The notes: generated by a model not told the origin, from the sequence alone. Shown: positions 27,860-38,327, counted from the whole stretch's first letter. The stretch is 63,916 bases of DNA, filler included, from an uncultured Methanoregulaceae archaeon (GCA_964530035.1; 6 parts of 6 records of this genome joined end to end with filler, not necessarily neighbours in it); one strand, 5' to 3'. Program-made: numbers and translations.

Positions 27860-30226
27860 TCACTGGCCGTTGTTCTGTCCGAATGTGAAATAGAATGCCG
27901 CTCCGTTTCCAGGGCTCGCGTCCACCCAGATCTTTCCGCCGTGGCGTTCAATGATCTGTTTCACGATGGCAAGGCCGACCCCGGTCCCTTCGTACTCGTC
28001 TGTCCTGTGGAGACGTTCGAAGACACCGAAGATCTTGTCCTTGTAGGCCATGTCAAACCCTATGCCATTGTCCTTCACGTGGTAAACAGTCCTTCCTTCC
28101 TCATGAGAGGACCCAATCCAGATCTCCGCATGTTCACGGGGCTTGCTATACTTGAGGGCGTTCGATATGAGGTTGACAAAGACCTGCCGTACGAGCACCG
28201 GGTCAGCCCTGCAGGGAGGCAGCTCCCCGGTCGTAATTTTGACAGACCTGCCCTTCATCGCCGGTGCAAGGTCTTCGATGCATTCCTGGACGACACGGGG
28301 GATGTCAACATCAACCATCTCGAGGACACGTCGTCCTGTCCTGGACAGCTCGAGGAGGTCGTCGATCAGGTTCGACATGTTCCTCGCATTTTCCCGGACC
28401 CTGTGTATGTAGCCGACGGCCTCTTCGGAGAGGCCGTCACTGTAGTCCTGCTCGAGGATCCGTGAAAACCCGTCAATCGCCCGTAGCGGCGCCCGAAGGT
28501 CGTGTGAGACCGTGTAGCTGAAGGACGTGAGCTCACGGTTGTAGTGCTCGAGTTCCCTGGTCCGCTCGAGGACGCGGGACTCGAGTTCCTCATTGGCGCG
28601 GACCAGCTCCTGACGGGCTTCGATCCTGTCGGTCACGTCCCTGCCGACGGAAAGGTACCCTGCAAGATCCCCTGTCTCGGAGAAAAGGGCGGTGTCGGTC
28701 CGGGATATCCACCTGACCGCACCCCCGGCGGCGGCCACCCGGTACTCGATGGAATCAGTCGGGCGCTCCATGCTCAGGGCGGCAATGTGGGATGCGAGCC
28801 GCAGGCGGTCACCGTCATCGACCGCCGCAGCAAACTCCCTGCCCGCGAGGTCCTCCTTGTTCACCCCGAAAAACCGCATGTATGCCTCGTTTGCAAACGT
28901 TATCGTACCATTTGCAGCAAGACGGGCAATGAACTCGGACTGCGTCTCCACGACAACCCGGTAGAGTTCCCGGCTTTCCCCGAGGGCCTTCTGGGAGACG
29001 GTGAGGTCCTTGATGGAATTTCGGAGCGCCAGGACCATGTCGTTGATCCTGAGTGCCAGTACTTTCAGTTCCCAGCCAAGGGGAGGCCTGACCTGGTGTT
29101 CCAGGTTGCCTACCGTGATCTCGTCGACATCGCTGACCATCTGCCGGATCGGCCGGGTGAGGGCCTGGGCACCTATCAGCCCTCCGGCAATCCCTATTGC
29201 ACCCACGAGAAGGCCTATGGCAAGGTTTGCAAATACCAGTTTCTGGAGGTCTCCCGCGGCAAGGCTGTCATCGTACACGATCTCGGCGACCCTGCTCGTA
29301 TCGCTCCCGTACTCCGGTGCTGATGTATTGATGTAGATATAGGACCGGGTTGTACCGTTTTCCGGTTCAAAAACGACGACTTTAGTCTTCCCCTTGAAGA
29401 TCTCCTTTATCCGTTCCCTGAGGGTTCCGTTGGGGACCTTGACGGATCCTTTTTCCGTCTGTTGTTTGATGGTCGAGTCATAGAGCGAGATGTTCCTGAT
29501 GTACGGGTTCTGGTCCCTGACATCAGCCATGATCTGTGTTACAGGCCGGCCGAACTGGGACCGTTCAGGGATGAATACTTCCCTGGAGAGACCGAGTTCA
29601 AGGATGTACCGGTGGTCCGGGGTTGCCATGTATGCGAATTTTTTTGTCTGCCCGGTCGCAAAGTCCTTGACGACCCGGTCAGGGTGAAAACCCCCCTCAT
29701 TGCGGATTTTATCGAGGTAATCCACAAAATACGGGGCATATTGCCTGAAGTCAAGGTTTTTTTCAGGGGCGAACGTCGTCGCGATGATGACACCCCGGTC
29801 ATCAATGATATAGAGTTCGAACTCATTGTCAGCTGCTCTCTTGAGCTTTTCGAGGTCCATTTTGGCCGGTTCGCCGCCAGAAAGGTTGTATTCGGTTAAA
29901 AAGGGTTCGAAGGCGTGTTTCATCCGGTTGTTGTAGGTATCGTCGTACAGGTTCAGGCCGGCTTCCATGAGGAGGATCGACTCGGAGATGTGTTTCTCTG
30001 TCTGTGTACGCAGGACCTCCTGCGTGCGTTCAAACTCCTGCCTGGTGATGAGGTAACTGGAGAGCGACATCCCGGAGACGACGATGATGACAACGACGAT
30101 GATGACCACGGTCACGTACCAGGAAAAAGGCCAGGTCTTCCCTGCCCTGCCGGGCCCCTCCTGGCCTCGCCCGATCGTGCCGGTCAACTCTCCTCGGGTC
30201 ACCTTCACGATGAAGTGTTCTTGCAT
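27860..30226 (-). CDS. Membrane sensor histidine kinase, paralog of 24273-26642
   Basis: FSYTVSHDLRAPL, NLISNALKYS, DNGIGFDM; start placed at MQEHF (30226), uncertain. Confidence 0.9.
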   Translation of the reverse strand: MQEHFIVKVTRGELTGTIGRGQEGPGRAGKTWPFSWYVTVVIIVVVIIVVSGMSLSSYLITRQEFERTQEVLRTQTEKHISESILLMEAGLNLYDDTYNNRMKHAFEPFLTEYNLSGGEPAKMDLEKLKRAADNEFELYIIDDRGVIIATTFAPEKNLDFRQYAPYFVDYLDKIRNEGGFHPDRVVKDFATGQTKKFAYMATPDHRYILELGLSREVFIPERSQFGRPVTQIMADVRDQNPYIRNISLYDSTIKQQTEKGSVKVPNGTLRERIKEIFKGKTKVVVFEPENGTTRSYIYINTSAPEYGSDTSRVAEIVYDDSLAAGDLQKLVFANLAIGLLVGAIGIAGGLIGAQALTRPIRQMVSDVDEITVGNLEHQVRPPLGWELKVLALRINDMVLALRNSIKDLTVSQKALGESRELYRVVVETQSEFIARLAANGTITFANEAYMRFFGVNKEDLAGREFAAAVDDGDRLRLASHIAALSMERPTDSIEYRVAAAGGAVRWISRTDTALFSETGDLAGYLSVGRDVTDRIEARQELVRANEELESRVLERTRELEHYNRELTSFSYTVSHDLRAPLRAIDGFSRILEQDYSDGLSEEAVGYIHRVRENARNMSNLIDDLLELSRTGRRVLEMVDVDIPRVVQECIEDLAPAMKGRSVKITTGELPPCRADPVLVRQVFVNLISNALKYSKPREHAEIWIGSSHEEGRTVYHVKDNGIGFDMAYKDKIFGVFERLHRTDEYEGTGVGLAIVKQIIERHGGKIWVDASPGNGAAFYFTFGQNNGQ

Positions 30227-30353
30227 CCGGGTGTAAATAGCTATGTACCCCGGTGTCCGGCGGCAACCGCCCGGTTGTTTTCCGGGTCCCCCAGGACAGC
30301 TGCCATACAGCGATAACGGATCAGGGACAACCAACAGCAGGAGGAGGCATTTC

Positions 30354-31142
30354 ATGGGTTTTGCATCAGCCATCGTGCCAAGGGTATCGCACCTTGCCTG
30401 GAGGGTCTGGCAGAGGAACCTGACCGTGTTCATACGCGTATGGAGGGTTAACTTCATCCCCCCGTTTCTTGAGCCGGTCCTGTACCTGCTTGCACTTGGC
30501 TTCGGTGTCGGCGCATTCATCCCGGTCATGGACGGGATCCCGTACCCCGAGTTCGTGGCCCCGGCTATCGTCTCGGTCTCGGTCATGAACGCCTCCTTCT
30601 TCGAGTGCACGTATGCGAGTTTTGTAAGGATGTACTACCAGAAGACCTTCGAGGCGATCATATCGACCCCGGTTACCGTCGAGGAGGTCGTCACCGGCGA
30701 GATCCTGTGGGGAGCGACACGGGGGCTCCTCTACTGCTCGCTCATGCTCCCCGTCCTCGCCATCTTCTCGGTCGTGACCCTCCCCGGCGCCCTCCTCCTC
30801 GTCCCCCTCTCATTCATCGCCGGGTTCCTGTTTGCATCCATCGGCATGTGCTTCACGTCGGTCACCCCGGATATCGAAACCCTCAACTACCCGGCATTTC
30901 TCTTCATCACCCCGATGTTCCTCTTTTCCGGGACATTTTTCCCCCTTGACCTCCTGCCGCCCGCCATCCAGTACATTGCGTACGCCGTCCTCCCCCTGAC
31001 GCACGTCGTCATCCTCGCCCGGATGTGCACGCTCCAGGCATTCTCCATCGACGGTCTCTGGCACCTTGCGTGGGTGCTCGCTGCCGGACTCGTCTTCTAC
31101 CTCGTGGCGCTCAGGCTGATGAGAAGGCGCCTCGTGGTCTGA
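30354..31142 (+). CDS. ABC-2 exporter permease (NodJ-like)
   Basis: VWQRNL, EPVLYLLALGFG, GEILWGA, PMFLFSGTFFPL, PLTH; GGAGG SD before 30354. Confidence 0.92.
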   Translation: MGFASAIVPRVSHLAWRVWQRNLTVFIRVWRVNFIPPFLEPVLYLLALGFGVGAFIPVMDGIPYPEFVAPAIVSVSVMNASFFECTYASFVRMYYQKTFEAIISTPVTVEEVVTGEILWGATRGLLYCSLMLPVLAIFSVVTLPGALLLVPLSFIAGFLFASIGMCFTSVTPDIETLNYPAFLFITPMFLFSGTFFPLDLLPPAIQYIAYAVLPLTHVVILARMCTLQAFSIDGLWHLAWVLAAGLVFYLVALRLMRRRLVV

Positions 31143-31206
31143 AACAGCATGAGAAAACCCTCCTGTCCCAATACACATAAATACCGGCATACAGCCATCT
31201 CTCTCC

Positions 31207-31836
31207 ATGACAGCGGAATCCAGGGGCTGGTCCGGCCGCCGGGGGCCGGCACTCGTCCTGTTCGCACTCTTCGCGAGCCTGGCCGTCATCCCCCTTGCGG
31301 CAACGGCAGCCGATGCCTGTTCCGGCGCGATATCCCTAGAGCCCGGGTGGAACCTGGTCTCGGTCCCTAAAAAGCTGGCACCGGGACATGATACCGGGAC
31401 AATTTTTTCCGCCGTTGATACGGCAGGCCGTTCCGCATGGCTCTTTGACGGGGCTTCGGGGTCCTGGGCGGCCCTCCTCCCCGACACCCCAGTACGGCAG
31501 CTCGACGGCATCTTCATCTATTCACGGGCAGCAGCAACCGTCCCCCTGGTCTATGGCTGCGACCCCCTCCAGATCCCTCCCGTGAAAAAGGGGTACAAGG
31601 GCTGGAACACCTTCGGGTTCACGGGAATGACCCCTGCCACGGCACGTGACGCCCTGTTCTCCGTTCAGCCCGTCTGGGTGAACACCGTCGGCTTCAACGC
31701 GACCACCCAGCAGTATGACATTGCCATCGTGAACGGAGGGAGCGGCGAGTTCTCGGACTCCCGCCTGATGGAGCCGATGAAAGGGTACTGGCTGTACCTT
31801 TCCGGTCCAGGAGATATCGCAGCGATAGGGGTGTGA
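31207..31836 (+). CDS. Secreted protein with repeated L..GWN module
   Basis: Signal peptide; LEPGWNLVSVP and YKGWNTFG half-repeats, GYWLY. Confidence 0.7.
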   Translation: MTAESRGWSGRRGPALVLFALFASLAVIPLAATAADACSGAISLEPGWNLVSVPKKLAPGHDTGTIFSAVDTAGRSAWLFDGASGSWAALLPDTPVRQLDGIFIYSRAAATVPLVYGCDPLQIPPVKKGYKGWNTFGFTGMTPATARDALFSVQPVWVNTVGFNATTQQYDIAIVNGGSGEFSDSRLMEPMKGYWLYLSGPGDIAAIGV

Positions 31837-31919
31837 GGCCCCGGGAAATTTTTTTGGTCCCTTTCCGTATCCCCGGCAGGGTATCCTCTGCCTGTTTTTT
31901 TAGAAAAAGAGGGTGATTT

Positions 31920-32495
31920 TCAGAACCGTTTTGCAACGGTGTCCCAGTTGACGATGTTCCAGAGTGCTGCAACATAGTCAGCACGACGGTTCTGGTAATC
32001 GAGGTAGTAGGCGTGTTCCCAGACATCGAAGGTCAGGAGCGGGACGTTCCCGGTCTTCAACGGGTTGCCGGCATTGCTTTCCTGCATGATCGCGAGTTTT
32101 CCGTCGGGCTTCTTCACGAGCCATGCCCAGCCGGAGCCGAAGAGCCCGACCGCGGCCTTTGAAAAAGCGTCCTTAAATGCCTCGAAAGAGCCGAAGTCCC
32201 GTTTTATCGCGTCTGCAAGGGCCCCTTTGGGTTCTCCTCCGCCGTTCCTGGAAAAGCCCTCCCAGTAGAAGGTGTGGTTCCATATCTGGGCGCCGTTGTT
32301 GAAGATGCCCCCGTCGGCATCCTTGACGATGGTCTCCAGGGTTGCATTCTCGAACTTCGTCCCGGCGACGAGGTTGTTCAGGTTCGTTACGTACGTCTGG
32401 TGGTGCTTGCCGTAATGGAACTCGATGGTCCGCTTACTGATCACGGGTTCCAGTGCACCGTTGTCGTAGGGTAAGGGTGGCAGAACGAATGCCAT
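31920..32495 (-). CDS. sod: Fe/Mn superoxide dismutase (Fe-type signature)
   Basis: [37 protein letters not shown]. Confidence 0.96.
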   Translation of the reverse strand: MAFVLPPLPYDNGALEPVISKRTIEFHYGKHHQTYVTNLNNLVAGTKFENATLETIVKDADGGIFNNGAQIWNHTFYWEGFSRNGGGEPKGALADAIKRDFGSFEAFKDAFSKAAVGLFGSGWAWLVKKPDGKLAIMQESNAGNPLKTGNVPLLTFDVWEHAYYLDYQNRRADYVAALWNIVNWDTVAKRF

Positions 32496-32832
32496 ACGAT
32501 CAAGGACTCTTCCCAGTAATCGCCATATACTTTCCTATTGGAGCAGTTAAGGGTGGAAAAGAGGTTATTCGTGGCTCCGCTAAATGCTGGGCACGCCTTT
32601 CCCCACCTTGCGGAGGACGGGGCTGCGGCCCCTATCAGTGCACCGGGTGCCCGGTGAAACGTGGTCGGAGGAGTGATCCCTCACTGGGTGGCATCGACCT
32701 CGATGACCATCTGGTTCGAGAGGTAGTGCGGANNNNNNNNNNNNNNNNNNNNNNNNNNNNNNNNNNNNNNNNNNNNTTAATTAATTAANNNNNNNNNNNN
32801 NNNNNNNNNNNNNNNNNNNNNNNNNNNNNNNN

Positions 32833-33147
32833 GTCCGCGATGGCGATGTACCCGGAGCCGCCGTTCTGGACATGCCAGACGACCTCCTTCATGACCATCA
32901 GGTGACCGAGGTGCGGGTGTCCCGAGGGCATGAAGCCCGTGAGCACGTGAAACGGTGTTTTATCACGTATTGCCGAGGCTATCCGGCCATAGTCTCGCTG
33001 GCCGACGACAATACCCCGGGAGATGAAATAGGGAAGTTCAGGAAGGTCCCTGCTGGACGGCCCGATAGGTTCTATCCCGAACTCCTCGAAGAGCCGCTCG
33101 ATGTCCTCACCTGGTGTACTAGTCCAGGGATTGATTGTTTCCGCCAT
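32833..33147 (-). CDS. trpS: Tryptophanyl-tRNA synthetase (5' fragment, cut by scaffold end)
   Basis: INPW...LFEEFGI, LTGFMPSGHPHLGH (HIGH motif), IAIAD; downstream of endA. Confidence 0.88.
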
Positions 33148-33155
33148 TTCATCCT

Positions 33156-34163
33156 CTATAACTTCATGCGTGCATATTCAAGGTATGAGATGCCTTTCTC
33201 ATGTGTACAGGCAAACAACATCTTCTTTTTGACACTGTGGGCCATCCTGACCGAGCGGGATATCGTGCTCATCGGCAGCTCCACTCCTTCAGCGACGGCA
33301 TGAACAAGCATCTCGGAATGGAGTTTGACCGCAGAATATACCCTGAAGTGGTGCCCGTACTTGTAGCCGGTCCGCGGGGTGTACCCCAGTTTCCTGAGGT
33401 CGGAGTATACAAGGGCTTTCTCGGCCACCTCGCTGTCTCCATCCCTGACAATGGCGAGATACGATTCAGGGGAAAGCCTTTTTGTCCCTGAAACGAGGGT
33501 CATTGATCCCTGTTCCATGAGGAAAAGAACCTCGAGGGACGCAAGCATGAGGCGACCGGGGTCGAGACGTGTCCCGAAGAACGCCTGGTCAAGGGCCGAG
33601 CCTTCATCAACCCGGACTACGGCAGCCTTCCCAGCAAGGTATGCCACGCAGGTGCCCACGGCCGGGACCGGCCCTGCGGCGGAAAGACTGTGCTCACGCA
33701 CCAGGTAATAGGTCAGCTCGTTTTCGTCATCGACAACCGCGAGGACGTACTGTTTCCGCATGTTCGACGACGTGGTGACTTCGGCACGGGCCACCCTGAA
33801 ATCGATCAGGTCCCGCTCCGAAAGGACCCTGACGAGGTACTGCGACTCCCCGCTCCCGGGCCTCTGTCCCCTCCTGAACACCCGGAAGTCGTGGGGGCCC
33901 GTGGACACGGCATACCCGCGCTCCCTGATGTCGCGGTACACGAGGTAACTCCTGAGGAACACGGGGTCTTCTGCAAAAACAGAGAGGAGGCTGTCGAAGT
34001 CATGACCAGGGACCTCGACCTTTCCCCTGTGGACCAGGTAGAGCGCCTCTGCAGGTGATAGTTTCAGGCCGTCCTTCTCGACACGGCCATAGCCGCTCTG
34101 TTCGTAGAGGGTCCTGCCCTCATGTCCGAGCCGCACAACCCCTGCATCAAGGATGCCTTTCAC
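33156..34163 (-). CDS. endA: tRNA-splicing endonuclease (two-unit alpha2 type)
   Basis: LVY.D.R.RGY occurs twice; PRTGYKYGHHFRVY; RSVRMAHSVKKKMLFA. Confidence 0.95.
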   Translation of the reverse strand: MKGILDAGVVRLGHEGRTLYEQSGYGRVEKDGLKLSPAEALYLVHRGKVEVPGHDFDSLLSVFAEDPVFLRSYLVYRDIRERGYAVSTGPHDFRVFRRGQRPGSGESQYLVRVLSERDLIDFRVARAEVTTSSNMRKQYVLAVVDDENELTYYLVREHSLSAAGPVPAVGTCVAYLAGKAAVVRVDEGSALDQAFFGTRLDPGRLMLASLEVLFLMEQGSMTLVSGTKRLSPESYLAIVRDGDSEVAEKALVYSDLRKLGYTPRTGYKYGHHFRVYSAVKLHSEMLVHAVAEGVELPMSTISRSVRMAHSVKKKMLFACTHEKGISYLEYARMKL

Positions 34164-34287
34164 ACCTATGTATGGGGTGGAAGCCGTAATTAATGCCGCC
34201 CGCCACCCGGCCCCGTGGTGTATGGCAGCGACGCTACCAGGACTCAGGATAACCGGTATTTTATGGGACGGGATCTTTCACTCTGGT

Positions 34288-35055
34288 ATGCAGAAGAACC
34301 TCCTCGAACTGCAGCACCTGACGGCAGCCGAGTTCAGTGACCACCCTCCCGACAAGGTCATCCTCCCCCTGGGCTCATTCGAGAGCCACGGCCCCCACAT
34401 GCCTCTCGGGACCGACGCTCTCACCGCTCACCTCATCGCCCTCGAGGTCGCGGGACGGGTCCCGGGGACCCTGGTCCTCCCACCCCTCAACTACGGTGTT
34501 TCCGAGCATTACAAACAGTTTCCTTTCACTGTGTCCCTTCGGTTCGAGACCGAGACGGCGGTCATCACTGACATCCTCGCTTCCCTGTACAGGGAAGGCA
34601 TCAGGAAGGTCTTCATCATGAACGGGCATGACGGCAACATGGCCCCGATAGAAGCTGCCTCGAGGACCCTGAAGGTCACGTCACCAGAAATGAGGATCGT
34701 GTCGCTGGACGCATGGTGGAACACGCTCGCACCCCTGATGCCGGAAGGTTTTTTCGAGGTATGGAACGGCCTCGGCCATGGCGGGGAGGGTGAACTGTCA
34801 ATGGGCCTGGCACTGTTCCCCGGACTGTGCCGGCCTGAATGCGCAAAAGGAATTGTCCCGGTCAACCTTCCTCCCCACCTTGACGTCAAGTGGAGGTTTG
34901 ACGAGCTGACGAACTGCGGGGCTACCGGGGACCCGACGAAGGCGACACGTGAAAAAGGCCTGGAGATGAAGGCACGGCTCGTCGACCTCATCGCTGAGGG
35001 CCTGGCGGCCCTTGACGCCTGCGACTGGGACTATGGTTCCCCTGGTGTCAGGTGA
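34288..35055 (+). CDS. Creatininase-family amidohydrolase
   Basis: LPLGSFESHGPHMPLGTD, NGHDGN, GHGGEGE, GATGDPTKAT.EKG. Confidence 0.9.
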   Translation: MQKNLLELQHLTAAEFSDHPPDKVILPLGSFESHGPHMPLGTDALTAHLIALEVAGRVPGTLVLPPLNYGVSEHYKQFPFTVSLRFETETAVITDILASLYREGIRKVFIMNGHDGNMAPIEAASRTLKVTSPEMRIVSLDAWWNTLAPLMPEGFFEVWNGLGHGGEGELSMGLALFPGLCRPECAKGIVPVNLPPHLDVKWRFDELTNCGATGDPTKATREKGLEMKARLVDLIAEGLAALDACDWDYGSPGVR

Positions 35056-35183
35056 TGAATACTCTCATTTTCTGAAGCCGTCTTTTGAAAACAGCCATAT
35101 ACAAGGTTTTTCTTCATTCTTTCGCTTCTTCGTGGAACCGGTACTGCTGTCCTCACCTGGTGCACGTCGCCCTTTGCTCAATA

Positions 35184-35220
35184 ATGTATAAATATATACA
35201 TCGTGCAACATTAAAGTACA
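35184..35220. promoter_or_regulatory. Candidate TrpY operator (TRP-box-like pairs) upstream of trpE
   Basis: ATGTATA-aata-TATACAT palindrome (TGTACA-like boxes 4 bp apart) followed by GCAACA-ttaa-AGTACA, overlapping an AT-rich TATA region. Confidence 0.5.
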
Positions 35221-35248
35221 TTATGACGTCCAAGGTGATGCCATTGGA

Positions 35249-36736
35249 ATGGAGAACCCGGTGACAGGGATGCGCCTGTCGCTGGAGATTTCGTCCCGCG
35301 AATTTTCGCACATTGCCCGTTCTGCAGATGGCCCGGTGAGGATCCCGGTCCGCTTGACATTCCCGGCCGGGAATGTCTCTCCTGCCAGGATTTTTAAAAA
35401 CCTGAAGGGAAAGCAGGGTTTTCTCCTGGAGTCCATGGAAGGAGTCCCGCGGAGGGCGACCCGCACGATGATGGGAGTGGACCCGGACGGGATTATTACG
35501 CTTCCGCAAGCAATCCAGGGCGATGCCCCGTCCGGAGAGGCCCCGTTGGCATTCATCCGCAGGTCAGCAGGTCCGAAAACTTCCCCGGACACCTTCCCGG
35601 GGTTCTGTGGCGGGCTTGTCGGGTACTGCTCCTATGACCTCGTCTCTGCCTTTTATCCCGGGATGCTCGATGCAGGCAGCGAAGAGGGCCGGCCGCCGGG
35701 CAGGTTCATGCAGGTCACATCCGGGGTTGTCATCGACCATATCTCCGGGACATGCACAGCCTTTGATACCCCGCTTGTATCAGGTGGCGGGGACCTGGCA
35801 ATAACCTACGAGGAATCGGTCAGAAAGACCAGGGAGCTTGCCGAACTGGTCATGAACACACCCGGGGATGAGGATGTCACGCTGTCCCGTGAAAAACCCC
35901 TCCCGGAAATCCTCCCGGGAACGGGAAAGGAAGAGTTCATGGAGCAGGTAGAACGGGTCCTCCGGCATATCCGTGCCGGAAACACCTTCCAGACGGTCAT
36001 CTCGCGGCGGTTCGATGTTCCTTACCCGGGAGACCCGTTCCGGATCTACGAGGCGGTCAGGGTGATAAACCCTTCACCGTACCTGTATTACCTTGATTTC
36101 GGAGACGAGGCCGTCATCGGCTCAAGCCCTGAGATGCTTGTCAGGGTGGAGGGAAAAACGGTCTCGACGGTTCCCATCGCCGGCACACGGCCCCGGGGAG
36201 CGGACTTTGCCGAGGACGAGAGGCTGGCCCAGGAAATGTTGTCGGATGAAAAGGAGCGGGCGGAACACCTCATGCTCGTCGACCTCGCCAGGAACGATAT
36301 CGGGAAAATTGCGGCGTACGGCACGGTCAGGGTCACCTCGTTCATGGAAGTGGAGCGCTTCTCCCATGTCCAGCACCTCACCTCCCGGGTATCGGGAGAG
36401 ATCAGGAAGGGATACGACCATATCGACGCCCTGGCGGCGTGTTTCCCGGCGGGGACGGTAACCGGTGCTCCGAAACTCCGGGCCATGCAGATCATCCGGG
36501 AGATCGAGTCGGCCCCGAGGGGCCTCTATGCCGGCGCTGTCGGTTATATCGGGTTTGACGACAGCCTCGAGTTTGCCATCGCCATCAGGACCATGACAGT
36601 CAGGGACGGAACCGCCTCGTTCCAGACCGGAGCGGGAATCGTCGCCGATTCGGACCCGCTGCGCGAGTTCGAGGAGACTGAAAGAAAGGCAGGAGCTCTT
36701 GTCGCCGCCCTGAACATGGCAGGGGGGAGTCCATGA
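35249..36736 (+). CDS. trpE: Anthranilate synthase component I
   Basis: FLLES, NPSPYLY, GSSPE, PIAGTRPRG, KERAEHLMLVDLARND, FPAGTVTGAPK. Confidence 0.96.
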   Translation: MENPVTGMRLSLEISSREFSHIARSADGPVRIPVRLTFPAGNVSPARIFKNLKGKQGFLLESMEGVPRRATRTMMGVDPDGIITLPQAIQGDAPSGEAPLAFIRRSAGPKTSPDTFPGFCGGLVGYCSYDLVSAFYPGMLDAGSEEGRPPGRFMQVTSGVVIDHISGTCTAFDTPLVSGGGDLAITYEESVRKTRELAELVMNTPGDEDVTLSREKPLPEILPGTGKEEFMEQVERVLRHIRAGNTFQTVISRRFDVPYPGDPFRIYEAVRVINPSPYLYYLDFGDEAVIGSSPEMLVRVEGKTVSTVPIAGTRPRGADFAEDERLAQEMLSDEKERAEHLMLVDLARNDIGKIAAYGTVRVTSFMEVERFSHVQHLTSRVSGEIRKGYDHIDALAACFPAGTVTGAPKLRAMQIIREIESAPRGLYAGAVGYIGFDDSLEFAIAIRTMTVRDGTASFQTGAGIVADSDPLREFEETERKAGALVAALNMAGGSP

Positions 36737-37311
36737 ACGTCACCATCGTGGACTGCTTTGACAGTTTCACCTACAACCTCGCCCAGCTCGTCGGAAGCCT
36801 CGGGGCGGCCCCGGTCACGGTCACCTGTGACCATACCATCGAGGATATCAAGAAAACCTCCCCGGACAGGATCATTCTCTCCCCGGGCCCCGGGACTCCG
36901 GATGATGCCGGGGTCTGCCGGGAGGTCGTGGAGGAGTATTCTGGAAAAGTGCCGATCCTCGGGGTCTGCCTCGGCCACCAGACCATCATCCAGGCCTTTG
37001 GGGGAAAAGTGGTCAGGATGGACCGGCCTGTCCATGGAAAGACCTCTGTCATCCACCACACGGGGACAGGGCTCTTCACCGGGCTTCCCGACCCGTTCAC
37101 AGCAACGCGGTACCACTCCCTGATGGCCGAACCGGGGACGCTTCCTCCAGAACTGGAGATAACGGCGAGTTCAACACAAGACCGCTGCATCATGGGAGTC
37201 TCCCACAGGAGGATGCCGGTCCACGGGCTCCAGTTCCACCCCGAGAGCTTCATGACCTCCCACGGGTCCCGGATCATGTCGACGTTCCTCCTGACGGGAG
37301 GACGACCATGA
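36733..37311 (+). CDS. trpG: Anthranilate synthase component II
   Basis: DSFTYNL, SPGPG, GVCLGHQ, RYHSL, QFHPES. Confidence 0.96.
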   Translation: MNVTIVDCFDSFTYNLAQLVGSLGAAPVTVTCDHTIEDIKKTSPDRIILSPGPGTPDDAGVCREVVEEYSGKVPILGVCLGHQTIIQAFGGKVVRMDRPVHGKTSVIHHTGTGLFTGLPDPFTATRYHSLMAEPGTLPPELEITASSTQDRCIMGVSHRRMPVHGLQFHPESFMTSHGSRIMSTFLLTGGRP

Positions 37312-38327
37312 CGATGCAGGCAGCAATCTCGCGGGTCATGGAGCGGGGTGACCTCCCACCAGCCGAGGCTGCCGCCGTGATGACATGTATCGCAGGCGGA
37401 CATGCGAACGATGTCCAGATAGGGTGTCTCCTCGGGGCCCTCAGGACGAAGGGGGAGACCGCCGGGGAGATCGCTGCATTCGCCCGCGTGATGCAGGACG
37501 CAGCAGTACCCATCCATCTGGACGTCCCCGGGCCCGTTGTTGATACCTGCGGGACAGGTGGTGACTGCCAGGGGACGTTCAACATCAGTACAGCCGCGGC
37601 CCTCGTTGCGGCATCTGCAGGGGCCACTGTCGTGAAGCACGGAAACCGTGGCGTATCGAGCCGTTGCGGGTCAGCAGACGTCCTCTCATCCCTCGGTGTA
37701 AGGATTGACCTCCCACCAGCCGGTTCTCTCCGGGTAGTCCGGGAGACAGGCTTTGGTTTCCTGTTCGCCCCGCTGTACCACCCTGCAATGGGCAGGGTGG
37801 CCCCGGTACGGAGGGAGATCGGCGCAAGGACGGTGTTCAACATCCTCGGCCCCCTGCTCAGCCCGGTCAACGCCGATGCCCGTCTTGTCGGGGTGTATGA
37901 CCCCGCACTCGTCCCGGTCATGGCCGAGGCGCTCAACAATCTCGGGGTGAGAGCGGCGATGGTCGTCCACGGGAGTGGCCTTGACGAGATCACCGTCACC
38001 GGGCCGACAACCATCGCATACCTTGGCGGAGGGACTATCTCGGTCACCACGGTCACGCCCGAGGAGTTCGGAATTGCACGTGCACCGCCCGCATCCCTCG
38101 CCGGAGGTACACCGGATGAAAACGCCGCTCTCGTGAGGTCAGTCCTCGGCGGCGCCCCAGGACCGTGCCAGGACATCGTCGTCCTGAATGCCGGGGCCGC
38201 CCTGGTCCTTGGCGGACTCTCCCCCGACATCGCAACGGGCATGACCCTTGCCAGGGAATCCATCACAAGCGGGGCAGCGGCTGCGAAACTCGACCAGATC
38301 GTCCAGGTATCAGCAGGTGCAGCATGA
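37308..38327 (+). CDS. trpD: Anthranilate phosphoribosyltransferase
   Basis: DTCGTGGD, FNISTA, KHGNR..SS..GSADVL, GLDE. Confidence 0.97.
   Translation: MTMQAAISRVMERGDLPPAEAAAVMTCIAGGHANDVQIGCLLGALRTKGETAGEIAAFARVMQDAAVPIHLDVPGPVVDTCGTGGDCQGTFNISTAAALVAASAGATVVKHGNRGVSSRCGSADVLSSLGVRIDLPPAGSLRVVRETGFGFLFAPLYHPAMGRVAPVRREIGARTVFNILGPLLSPVNADARLVGVYDPALVPVMAEALNNLGVRAAMVVHGSGLDEITVTGPTTIAYLGGGTISVTTVTPEEFGIARAPPASLAGGTPDENAALVRSVLGGAPGPCQDIVVLNAGAALVLGGLSPDIATGMTLARESITSGAAAAKLDQIVQVSAGAA

Noticed and set aside
30227..30610. N-terminal extension of the 916-aa kinase ORF
   Set aside because: Antisense overlap with the ABC permease; the paralogous kinase lacks it
32681..32732. C-terminal gene fragment PHYLSNQMVIEVDATQ* on the minus strand
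   Set aside because: Too short to identify; cut by the scaffold end
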